The notes under the pieces: model-generated
The model's database searches: none
Seen by the model: the letters and a program-made list of their open reading frames with translations, nothing else
What the model was told of the DNA's origin: nothing
Part shown: positions 55,327-63,322 of the stretch, piece by piece
Layout: the number at the start of each line of letters is the position of its first letter
Numbering within the stretch: the stretch's first letter is position 1
Translations under genes and position numbers: made by a program
Source: Candidatus Dormiibacterota bacterium
GTDB taxonomy: Bacteria; Chloroflexota; Dormibacteria; DASZGP01
Length of the DNA: 64,000 bases
NCBI GenBank assembly: GCA_049644325.1
Contig: JBARRR010000041.1
Location: 11,929-75,928 of the forward strand
Reading direction: 5' to 3'

Positions 55327-57240
55327 ATGTTTCCTCGTACTGATGTTCGCCATGCCTTGAAAAAGGTCGCCCTCGGCCTTATGGCCGTTACCACGGTGTC
55401 GCCGGCGCTGCTCGCGCCGCTGCCCGCGCGGGCCGACTCGATCCAGGACCAGCTGGCGGCGCTGCAGGCCCAGGAGGTCGGCCAGAAGGCGACGCTGGGG
55501 CAGTTGAACGGCCAGCAAGCCTCGGCCCGCGCGATCCTGGACCAGCTCCACGGCGACCTCGGCTCCAAGCAGAGCGACTACGGCCAGGTGCTGGCCCAGG
55601 CCCAGGACCTGGATGACCGCATCAAGGGCTTCGAGGCCCAGGAGAACACCCTGCAGACCGAGCACGATGCCCACGTCCAGAGCTTCGCCCGGGAGGTCCG
55701 CACCCTCTACAAGGCGGGCCCGGGCAGCTGGCTGACCTTCATCTTCAGCGCGGGCAGCTTCTCCGACCTGCTCGACCGCCTCGTCTACCTGACAAGACAG
55801 AGCCGCGCCGACTATGAGAAGGCGCAGCAGCTCAAAGCCGAGCGTGAGGCCCTGGCGTCCCAGCGCGAGAAGACGGCGCAGCTGCGGGCGGCGCTGGCGC
55901 CGCTGATGCAGGAGCTGGCCCAGAAGATGGCGGACGCCCAGAACGCCTTCGACGCTCAGGCCAGCGTGACGTCCGACCTGGAGGCGCGTCAGCGCGCCCA
56001 GCTGGCCGCGCTGCGCGGCACCCAGAACAAGGAGCGCGAGCTGGAGGCCGCGCTGGCCGCCGCCGAGGCGGCCGCCAACGCCGCGGCGCAGAAGGGGAAT
56101 GGCCGCACCTATGGTCCCGTCTGCCCGGCGGCGCCGGCGGGACTGGTCAGCATCTGCGGCCACGGCTGGGGCCACGGCGTCGGCCTCGCGCAGTACGGCG
56201 CCCTGGGCATGGCGCAGGCGGGCATCAGCTGGCCTCAAATCATCGGCAACTTCTACAGCGGCACCTACCTCGGCGGCGTTCCCAATGAGACCGTTCGCGT
56301 CTTCCTGGCGGGGGCCGGACGGACGGTCACGCCGCGCGGGTCGTCCGCCACCATCCAGGACACCGCCGGGAACAACCTCGGCAACATCGGCCAGGACCAG
56401 GGAGTCAACTTCAGCCCCAACGCGGACGGCAGTGTCAGCGCCAGCTGGCCCGGCGGCAACGCCTCGGGACGGCCGCTGCGGCTGGTGCCCAGCGGAGGCA
56501 TCTTCCAGGTCACAGGCACCAACCGCCGCTACCGAGGCGAGGCGTGGGCTGACAACTCATCTGGCTTCCGCATCGTCAACCACGTCGACACCGAGAGCTA
56601 CCTCCAGGGGCTGTCCGAGGTGCCGTCCAGCTGGCCGCTCAACGCCATCGAAGCGCAGATCGTCGCCGCCCGAACGTACGCGCTCTACCACCTCGGCGGT
56701 GGCGCGTATGACCTCGACGATGGCACCAACTCGCAGGTCTACAACGGCGTCGACCGCGAGACCGCCGCCCAGAACGCAGCCGTCAACGCTACCCGCGGCC
56801 AGGGCATCTTCTACCAGGGCAGCATCATCTCGGCCGTCTACTCATCGAGTGACGGTGGCCACACGCAGTGCGCCAGCGCGGTGTGGGGGAACGGGGACAA
56901 CCCCTGCACGCCGCCCTACCTGCGGGGCGTGATCGACAACTACGACGTCTCCCCGCTGCACACCTGGTACACACCCCCCCACACGTGGGCCCAGATCCAG
57001 GCGTACCTCGGGTCCACCTACAACGCCGGCGCCTGCGGCTCTCTCACTGGCCTGGACCTGTCCGACCGCGACGCCTCCAAGCGCCTCAACCACGTGCGCA
57101 TGGTCGGGACATCGGGAACCTGCACGGTCACCCCGGGCGCGTTCATCCGCGCCATCAACGCCGGGTCGCCGGCTGACTTTATCGTCTATGGCGACATGTT
57201 CGGCACCACCCCGGGGAACCGTGCCTGGCCTTACTGGTAG
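55327..57240 (+). CDS. secreted SpoIID/LytB-domain protein with long N-terminal coiled coil
   Basis: Signal peptide, an Ala/Gln/Leu-rich coiled coil of about 250 aa, and a SpoIID-like core 'GHGWGHGVGLAQYGALGMA'. Confidence 0.75.
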   Translation: MFPRTDVRHALKKVALGLMAVTTVSPALLAPLPARADSIQDQLAALQAQEVGQKATLGQLNGQQASARAILDQLHGDLGSKQSDYGQVLAQAQDLDDRIKGFEAQENTLQTEHDAHVQSFAREVRTLYKAGPGSWLTFIFSAGSFSDLLDRLVYLTRQSRADYEKAQQLKAEREALASQREKTAQLRAALAPLMQELAQKMADAQNAFDAQASVTSDLEARQRAQLAALRGTQNKERELEAALAAAEAAANAAAQKGNGRTYGPVCPAAPAGLVSICGHGWGHGVGLAQYGALGMAQAGISWPQIIGNFYSGTYLGGVPNETVRVFLAGAGRTVTPRGSSATIQDTAGNNLGNIGQDQGVNFSPNADGSVSASWPGGNASGRPLRLVPSGGIFQVTGTNRRYRGEAWADNSSGFRIVNHVDTESYLQGLSEVPSSWPLNAIEAQIVAARTYALYHLGGGAYDLDDGTNSQVYNGVDRETAAQNAAVNATRGQGIFYQGSIISAVYSSSDGGHTQCASAVWGNGDNPCTPPYLRGVIDNYDVSPLHTWYTPPHTWAQIQAYLGSTYNAGACGSLTGLDLSDRDASKRLNHVRMVGTSGTCTVTPGAFIRAINAGSPADFIVYGDMFGTTPGNRAWPYW

Positions 57241-57601
57241 GCGTCTTCTCGCCTCCGTAGGCCTGGGCTTCTTCGGCGGCCTCTCCAGCGGCCTGCTCGG
57301 CATCGGGGGCGGCATCATCATGGTGCCCGGGATGACGACGCTGCTGGCGATGTCGCAACGTCGTGCGGTGGCGAACTCGCTGCTGGCGATAGTCCCGATA
57401 TCGATCGTTGGCGTCGCCGTCTACTACCTGGGCAGTGGCCACCCCCAGGTCGACCTGCGGCTTGCGGCGGTGCTGGCTATCGGCGCCGTCATCGGGGCGC
57501 CCCTGGGGGCCGCCATCGCGTACCGCGTGCCGGAGCGAGCGCTGCGGGTCACCCTCGGCGTGCTGGCGATCCTGGTCGCCATCAGGCTCCTCCTGCCTTG
57601 A
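57188..57601 (+). CDS. TSUP/TauE-SafE family half-transporter (N-terminal four-TM repeat unit)
   Basis: 'GLLGIGGGIIMVP' signature. The alternative GTG start at 57221 avoids most of the overlap with the upstream gene. Confidence 0.6.
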   Translation: MATCSAPPRGTVPGLTGRRLLASVGLGFFGGLSSGLLGIGGGIIMVPGMTTLLAMSQRRAVANSLLAIVPISIVGVAVYYLGSGHPQVDLRLAAVLAIGAVIGAPLGAAIAYRVPERALRVTLGVLAILVAIRLLLP

Positions 57602-58002
57602 CCGGCCCGGAGGTCATCATCGCCCTGCTGACCGGGCTGGTCGCGGGCGCGATCTCGGGCGCGCTCGGCGTCGGTGGCGGCGCGATTTTGGTGCCGGCCA
57701 TGGTCCTGCTGCTTGGCGCGGGCCAGGAGACCGCCCAGGGCACGTCGCTGCTGGTCATCCTGCCAACGGCGCTGGCGGGGGCGTACTCCCATTTCCGGCG
57801 CGGCTCGCTGGATTTCAGCCCCACCTGGATCATCGGATTGGTGGGCGCGGCGGCCGCAGCCGGGGGCGCCTTCATCGCCCTCCACCTGGGCAGCTCGACC
57901 CTCCGAATCGTCTTCGCGGTGTTCCTGGTGGTGATGGGCTTGCGGGAGATCCTGCGCCGCTCCGCGGCCGTCGAGGAGCCCGCGTCGAGCACCCGTTCGT
58001 AG
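57598..58002 (+). CDS. TSUP/TauE-SafE family half-transporter (second four-TM repeat unit)
   Basis: 'GALGVGGGAILVP' signature. A TTG start overlaps the upstream stop (TTGA). Confidence 0.6.
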   Translation: MTGPEVIIALLTGLVAGAISGALGVGGGAILVPAMVLLLGAGQETAQGTSLLVILPTALAGAYSHFRRGSLDFSPTWIIGLVGAAAAAGGAFIALHLGSSTLRIVFAVFLVVMGLREILRRSAAVEEPASSTRS

Positions 58003-58137
58003 ATCGATTACAGCCGTTTTTGCGTCATCGTCCCGGGAGTTTGCGCCCCCTGTCAGCCGGGAGGTATGGTAGTCGGATCGTCGGCCGCCGGCCACATCCG
58101 GGGTCCCCGCGGGGAAATAGGAGGATCGGAAATCTTC

Positions 58138-58422
58138 ATGGCTTTTGAGGACATCACGCTGCGCTGCCGGGATTGCTCGGCCGATTTCATCTGGACGGCC
58201 GGGGAGCAGAGCTTCTTCCAGGAGAAGGGCCTGCTCAACCAACCCCAGCGCTGCCCCGAGTGCCGGTCGGCGAAGAAGATGCAGAGGCTTGGCGCGCGGC
58301 GAATGTTCGACGTGGTTTGTGCCGACTGCGGCACCTCGACCCAGGTACCGTTCGAGCCCCGCGAGGGCCGGCCGGTGTACTGCAGCGACTGCTTCGAGCG
58401 CGTGAGGGTGCACGCCCACTAG
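58138..58422 (+). CDS. four-CxxC zinc-ribbon protein (paralog B)
   Basis: CRDCS...CPECR...CADCG...CSDCF. It aligns with 33334-33639 over its whole length. A GGAGGA Shine-Dalgarno sits 12 nt upstream of the ATG. Confidence 0.6.
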   Translation: MAFEDITLRCRDCSADFIWTAGEQSFFQEKGLLNQPQRCPECRSAKKMQRLGARRMFDVVCADCGTSTQVPFEPREGRPVYCSDCFERVRVHAH

Positions 58423-58475
58423 CCCGACCGCGCGGGGCCGGCGAGCAGAGTGAAGGGGAGGCAACGGTTTTGCCG

Positions 58476-58799
58476 ATGAGGGTCGAAGACCCGGGAGATC
58501 TCTCCGGGCCACAACCCCCACCGGGCCAACCGCCGCTACCGGCTGACCAGCCTGCGACAGGACACCACGACGTCGCCGGAGACGTTGCCGGAGACGTTGC
58601 CGGAGACGTCGGCGGTGAGGTGGTCGGTGACGTGGCCAGCGGCGGCCTGGGCTGTCTTGGCAACATGCTCAGCGGCTGCGATTGCAGCGGCCTGAGCTGC
58701 GTCCTGGTGCTCGGTGCCGCGGCGGCGGCGGGGCTTGTACTCTATCGGTCGGTTGATAGGTCGCGGCGGGGAACAGAAGGGGACCAGCCATGCCAATGA
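58476..58799 (+). CDS. small Pro/acidic + (DVxG)6 + Cys-cluster + TM protein
   Basis: Starts 'MRVEDP' after a GAAGGGGAGG Shine-Dalgarno. A 12-bp x 6 tandem repeat is followed by 'GCLGNMLSGCDCSGLSC', then a hydrophobic helix and an Arg-rich end. Confidence 0.4.
   Translation: MRVEDPGDLSGPQPPPGQPPLPADQPATGHHDVAGDVAGDVAGDVGGEVVGDVASGGLGCLGNMLSGCDCSGLSCVLVLGAAAAAGLVLYRSVDRSRRGTEGDQPCQ
58569..58640 (+). repeat. 12-bp x 6 tandem repeat (gacgt[ct]gccgga) encoding (DVxG)6
   Basis: Visible directly in the sequence. It is coding, not a CRISPR array. Confidence 0.8.
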
Positions 58800-59068
58800 G
58801 GGTCGATGACACACCTGAGGGAGGAACCCCGGACCCGGGCGCGGCACCGGTGCAGGGCGCACCCGGTGCCGAGGAGTCGGAAGAGGAAAAGAAGAAGAAA
58901 AGAGGCGGAGATGACGGCGTACTCGAGGATGCGGCCGAAGCCGCGGGCTGGGGATGCGCGATCCTCTCCTGTTTCGACTGCCTGTCCGTACTGGCGATCA
59001 GCGCGGTGACAACCGCGGTGGTGGTCGAGCGCGCGCGTCGGAGGCGGAGGCTGGCGGAGGCGCTGTAG
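58790..59068 (+). CDS. small Pro/acidic + Cys-cluster + TM protein (tandem paralog)
   Basis: Starts 'MPMRVDDTP'. It lacks the repeat and has a Glu/Lys-rich stretch, then 'GWGCAILSCFDC', a TM helix and 'RRRRRL'. Its start overlaps the upstream stop by 10 nt. Confidence 0.4.
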   Translation: MPMRVDDTPEGGTPDPGAAPVQGAPGAEESEEEKKKKRGGDDGVLEDAAEAAGWGCAILSCFDCLSVLAISAVTTAVVVERARRRRRLAEAL

Positions 59069-59071
59069 CCG

Positions 59072-60037
59072 TCAGCGGCGCCGGTTGCCGCTGTGGAAGT
59101 CCTTGTGCACCTGCCGCAGCTGCGGGTTGGTCACGTGGGTGTAGACCTGCGTGGTCGCCAGGTTGGCGTGGCCCAGCATCTCCTGGACGGACCGCAGGTC
59201 GGCGCCGTTGAAGAGCAGGTCAGTGGCGAACGAGTGGCGCAGGGTGTGGGGGGTGGCCTTGATGCCAAGCCCTGCCAGCCGGACGTACTTGGCCACCATG
59301 CGCTCGACCGAGCGGGCGCTGAGCCGCCAGCCGGCGCCGTCCATGGCGGCACGGCCGGCAGCGGTGGTCTCATCGGCGGCGTGGCCCCGGTAGCGGATGA
59401 AGAGCGGCTTGAAGCGGTCCTTGCGCATACCGATGTAGGCCTTGAGGCTGTCAGCCGCGGCGTCGGTCATGAAGACCACGCGGGGCTTGCGGCCCTTGCC
59501 GATGACGGCAAACTCGCGGCTTTCGAAGTTCATCTGCTCCCGGTCGAGCGCCACCAGCTCCGACACCCGGAGCCCGGTCGAGAACAGCAGCTCGAGGATG
59601 GCGCGGTCGCGCATCCCCGGCTCGGCGCTGGCGTCGACGGCGCCCAGCAGGCGGGTCACCTGGCGGGAGTCCAGGAACTTGAGGCTGCGGCCGCCGCCCT
59701 TGCCCAGCTCGATACGGTCTGGTGCAAGGGCGTCCTCGCCCGAACGCGTCAGGAACCGCAGCAAGGACCGCAGCGCCACCAGGTATGACGTCTGTGTCCC
59801 GCGTGCCAGGTTGCGGTGGGTGGTGGGGGAGACGTAGCGGTGGAGGTGGACCCGGTAGGAGCGCGCCTTGTCCGCGGTCAGCTCCTCGGCGGAACCGACG
59901 CCCTCGGTGGCCGCCCAGGCGGTGAAGTGGTCGAGGTACTGCTGGTACATCCGCACTGTCAATGGCGACAGGTTGCGATCCACCTCGCAGTGCTCGAGGA
60001 AGGCTCGGACCTGGTCGTGAAGACGTGTGGAGGACAT
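59072..60037 (-). CDS. tyrosine site-specific recombinase (XerC/XerD family)
   Basis: 'HTLRHSFATDLLFNGADLRSVQEMLGHANLATTQVYTHV' C-terminal catalytic box (R..H..R..Y). The start is taken at Met 'MSSTRLHDQ'. Confidence 0.85.
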   Translation of the reverse strand: MSSTRLHDQVRAFLEHCEVDRNLSPLTVRMYQQYLDHFTAWAATEGVGSAEELTADKARSYRVHLHRYVSPTTHRNLARGTQTSYLVALRSLLRFLTRSGEDALAPDRIELGKGGGRSLKFLDSRQVTRLLGAVDASAEPGMRDRAILELLFSTGLRVSELVALDREQMNFESREFAVIGKGRKPRVVFMTDAAADSLKAYIGMRKDRFKPLFIRYRGHAADETTAAGRAAMDGAGWRLSARSVERMVAKYVRLAGLGIKATPHTLRHSFATDLLFNGADLRSVQEMLGHANLATTQVYTHVTNPQLRQVHKDFHSGNRRR

Positions 60038-60112
60038 GACCGCCCACCAGTGTAAAGGGGGGGATGCCATTTTGCGACGTTTAACCTGGGGGAGGTGGTC
60101 TCAGGCGCGAAG

Positions 60113-60589
60113 CTACTCGCCCATGTCCTCCTGGAAGAAGCGAACCGGGGCTTCGGTCGGTGGGAGCGTCCGGTCGCCAATGGCCGCGACGAACAGCAAC
60201 AGCGTCGAGATCACCATGGTGATGGCCGCGGCGCCGGCCAGGATGACGTTGCGGCTGTCGACGTCGCGGAAGCTGAGGGAGACGGCGGCGACGTACAGCA
60301 TCGCCAGCGCGAAGATGATGGTGAGACCAATGGCGTGGGGCGCCCAGGCCAGGCTCAGCGACCGGCGAGCATGGTGGATCATGCCGATGATCGGCAGCGG
60401 CGCCCAGGCAATGACGAAGCAGGCAATGCTCACGGGGACGGCGTAACGGCCGATGTCGCAGCTGATGTCGCAGAAGGCGGGGTTGACGATGCTGAGGAAG
60501 ATGAAGAACATGCGCGCGCTGAGGAAGAAGGCGAACCCGCCCGCCATCCAGCCGAATATCTCCGCAATGCGGAGCACGCCGCGCCGCAT
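60113..60589 (-). CDS. hypothetical polytopic membrane protein
   Basis: 158 aa with about four TM helices. It is favoured over the overlapping 411-aa Arg/Gly-rich frame. Confidence 0.45.
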   Translation of the reverse strand: MRRGVLRIAEIFGWMAGGFAFFLSARMFFIFLSIVNPAFCDISCDIGRYAVPVSIACFVIAWAPLPIIGMIHHARRSLSLAWAPHAIGLTIIFALAMLYVAAVSLSFRDVDSRNVILAGAAAITMVISTLLLFVAAIGDRTLPPTEAPVRFFQEDMGE

Positions 60590-60704
60590 GACTAGAGCTT
60601 AGACCCAGCAGCGCCGGCGCCCCGCCCGCCGTGCGGGGACGGCAATCGCCGGTAGGTGTCCGTGGGACAAACGAACATACGTGCGCTTCCGGTAGTCTTG
60701 CGCC

Positions 60705-61166
60705 ATGGCGTACCTCGAGGTGTTCCAGGAACAGTATCGCGAGGTCTATGGCGCCCTGCTGGAGGTCATCGCCAGCCTGTCGGATGAGGCCATGGATTGG
60801 CCGCCATATACCAATGCCAACTCGATAGCGGTCCTGGTTACGCATATCCTGGGCAACCAGCTGGAAACGCTGCGGACGGTCAGCGGCGTGCCGACCAACC
60901 GGGACCGGGCCGCCGAGTTCCAGGTCCAGGGAGCCTCCTCGGATAGCCTCAGGGACCTGGTGGTCGGGGCGGAGGCCGTGATGGCGCAGCTGACGCCTCA
61001 GATCACGTCTGAGCAGCTCGAGGCTACGGTGCGCCGGCCGTCGGCGAGCACCAGCGAGGCGCGCACCGGCATCTACCACCTGAACCACAGCATCGCGCAT
61101 GCCAGGGAGCACCTGGGGCAGATCTGGATGACCAGGGACCTCTGGAGGGCCAAATCGGGCGCGTGA
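60705..61166 (+). CDS. DinB/YfiT-like (DinB_2) four-helix-bundle protein
   Basis: 'HILGNQLE' and 'HLNHSIAHAREHLGQI' His-containing helices. Confidence 0.6.
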   Translation: MAYLEVFQEQYREVYGALLEVIASLSDEAMDWPPYTNANSIAVLVTHILGNQLETLRTVSGVPTNRDRAAEFQVQGASSDSLRDLVVGAEAVMAQLTPQITSEQLEATVRRPSASTSEARTGIYHLNHSIAHAREHLGQIWMTRDLWRAKSGA

Positions 61167-61379
61167 CGCCCAGCCCATTGCAGAAACGTCGTAAAAGATA
61201 CAATTTACGACGCTACGCCGATTTGAGCTCATAGGTAGCGAAAAGCCACTCTTTGCCTCCCCTACCGAGAAATGGGAGCGCGCAAGCCTGGCAGCAGCCG
61301 CTCCCAACAGCAGCATTGCCCGGCCAGCACCACCGGCGGGAGCTTGGGCCTGCGGCGACCGTGCTGCCGGCTGGGCCCT

Positions 61380-62894
61380 TTAGCGCCGCAAGGCTCGGAT
61401 CCGCCTCCACCCCACCGCGGTCAGCCCCAGCAGTCCGACCCCGACGGCTGCCGGAACCAGCGGGGCTGGGCTGGGCGGCGCTGGTGTCGAACTCGTGTTC
61501 GGTAGGTTGGTGGCCGCCGCCAGCGGCTCCTGCGTCGGGATGACTGGGTTCGCGGGAACGGTCACTTCACCGCCCGATCCAGGGGTCTCGCCGCAGTTGG
61601 AGAGGACGTCGACACCGTCGACGTATGTCCCTGGAGGCACGGTTGCCCCGACCAGGACGACCAGCTTCTCCACCAGCGGATCGCCGCCCCCGAAGCCGTT
61701 GTTGCTTCGGAATGTCAGCGTTTGCTGCCCATTGACTGTACCCAGGAGGGGATTGGTGCCCAACACGCCAGATGCGCTGACCAGGGTGAAGCCCGGTGGG
61801 AGGGTGTCAACCACCTGTGTTGGGCTGCAGGAGTCGGTGTTGGTGATGCTGATCGTGTAGGTGATCTGGTCCCCCGGGTGCGCCGTCGGGAACATGGCAC
61901 CTGGATCAGTTCCACTTGGCGTGACGACGGTCTTGGTGATCGGGTTGCCAACGCAGGCGCCGGGGATTGCTGGCGTGTCGCTGGGGCACAGGGGGGTGAC
62001 GGGCTGGTCGCACACTGCCCGACTGCTGGTGTGCCCAAGGATGATGTCCGCCTGAAGCAGGGCCTGTCCAGCAACCACGACATCGAGAATGATGTGGGCC
62101 GCGTTGACTATCAGGCCGTGGCCGGTTTGGACCGAGCCACCGGTGGCACCTGACAGGTCTTCGAACTTCTGCTCGTTAAGGATGACCTTGCCGAGACTGA
62201 CCGGAACCTGGCCGACAAGGTTCAAGTTGACTGTGGTGTTGGGCGGAATGTTGGTGAGCCCAGTGAGCGGGTTGATGCCGCCAATGGTCAGTGCCGCAAT
62301 GGTGGTAACGCCGACCGGCGTGCTGGTGCAGCTCTGGGTCAACGATTGAGAGCTGATGTCCCGGGTGGTGATGGCAGCCACCCCTCCGGACACGGCCCCC
62401 AGGAGCCCGGCAGCGGCGATGGTGCTGCAGCCATTACCCCCGGTGAGCGGCCCGCTGACAAAGGGGGCGGTTACCGCCACATTCGGCAAACAGTCGGTGC
62501 TGGGGGTTGACGACCCCGCACCGTTGTACCCCGGAACAAACGCCTTGCCGGTGTCGTCGGTGACGTTGATGTTGTCCACCAGCCCCGGGACGCAGTTGGG
62601 GGCACAGATCACGGTGCCGGATTCGTTGAATTTGGGATTAGGAGGCGACGGTACGGTCGCAAGGGCTGGGGCGATCGGCGCCGGGTTGATCGGGATGGCG
62701 CCCAGCACCGAAACGTTGGCGCCCAGGGCGTACGAGTCGCCCTCCGCTGAGACCGGCGCGGGTGGAGCTGCAGCGGCCGGTCGCGGCGGCACCATGGCGA
62801 AGCTGGCGACTGCTGCGACGGCCCCGACCAGGACAACCAGCCAGCGCTTCAAATCCGGCGATGAGGTCGATCCATCCGCGGCGGAAACTCGCAC
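61380..62894 (-). CDS. secreted DUF11-repeat surface protein with C-terminal TM anchor
   Basis: Signal peptide, a DUF11-like segment 'TYTISITNTDSCSPTQVVDTLPPGFTLVSASG', and a C-terminus 'LPNTSST...AAVGVGLLGLTAVGWRRIRALRR'. Confidence 0.6.
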   Translation of the reverse strand: MRVSAADGSTSSPDLKRWLVVLVGAVAAVASFAMVPPRPAAAAPPAPVSAEGDSYALGANVSVLGAIPINPAPIAPALATVPSPPNPKFNESGTVICAPNCVPGLVDNINVTDDTGKAFVPGYNGAGSSTPSTDCLPNVAVTAPFVSGPLTGGNGCSTIAAAGLLGAVSGGVAAITTRDISSQSLTQSCTSTPVGVTTIAALTIGGINPLTGLTNIPPNTTVNLNLVGQVPVSLGKVILNEQKFEDLSGATGGSVQTGHGLIVNAAHIILDVVVAGQALLQADIILGHTSSRAVCDQPVTPLCPSDTPAIPGACVGNPITKTVVTPSGTDPGAMFPTAHPGDQITYTISITNTDSCSPTQVVDTLPPGFTLVSASGVLGTNPLLGTVNGQQTLTFRSNNGFGGGDPLVEKLVVLVGATVPPGTYVDGVDVLSNCGETPGSGGEVTVPANPVIPTQEPLAAATNLPNTSSTPAPPSPAPLVPAAVGVGLLGLTAVGWRRIRALRR

Positions 62895-63061
62895 AAGCCT
62901 GCCCTGTATTCCCTCTAGCCGAGGCCGCGCTCCATGGCGCGGCTTTTAGCTCATTCTACGCGGCTGGGGCGTTTCGGAGCTCAGCCGCCGAGCCCACTTA
63001 TTGCGCCACCAGGCGCGGATCGCCTCCACCCTACCGCTGATGGAGCGATCAGACCGCCCCG

Positions 63062-63322
63062 TCAGGAGGAAGGCAATAGATTCACCCCCGCGGCGCGCCC
63101 AACCAGCACACCAATGACAACCAGCACCACTGCCAGGACGACCAGGAACACGTAGTCCCAGGGAATCTTGCGAAACAGCGCCTCGATCTGGGTCGGGGGC
63201 CTCGGCCCAGGCCCCCAGCCGCAGATAGGGCAGACGCCCTCGGTGTACCGAGGATCGAAGTCCCAGTCGTCATTGACGCAGTGGAGCGTCTTCGGCTTTC
63301 CGGCGGATGCCACCGCGCTCAT
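63062..63322 (-). CDS. small zinc-finger + TM protein
   Basis: 'HCVNDDW...CPICGW' followed by a hydrophobic helix. The start is taken at internal Met 'MSAVASAG'. Confidence 0.35.
   Translation of the reverse strand: MSAVASAGKPKTLHCVNDDWDFDPRYTEGVCPICGWGPGPRPPTQIEALFRKIPWDYVFLVVLAVVLVVIGVLVGRAAGVNLLPSS

Noticed and set aside
58569-58640. 12-bp tandem repeats considered as a possible CRISPR-like or mini-satellite array
   Set aside because: Period 12 with no spacers. It is in frame within a Shine-Dalgarno-preceded ORF and encodes a (DVxG)6 peptide repeat. It is not a CRISPR array.
59072-60070. Tyrosine recombinase as a marker of a prophage or integrative element
   Set aside because: There are no phage structural, replication or excision genes and no flanking direct repeats. 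The sequence fits a chromosomal XerC/XerD-type resolvase. It is kept only as context for the adjacent small-protein module.
60081-61316. 411-aa minus-strand ORF spanning the DinB-like gene and membrane gene region
   Set aside because: It is Arg/Pro/Gly-rich and antisense to a plausible DinB_2 protein. The hydrophobic 158-aa ORF at 60113-60589 is the better minus-strand gene.
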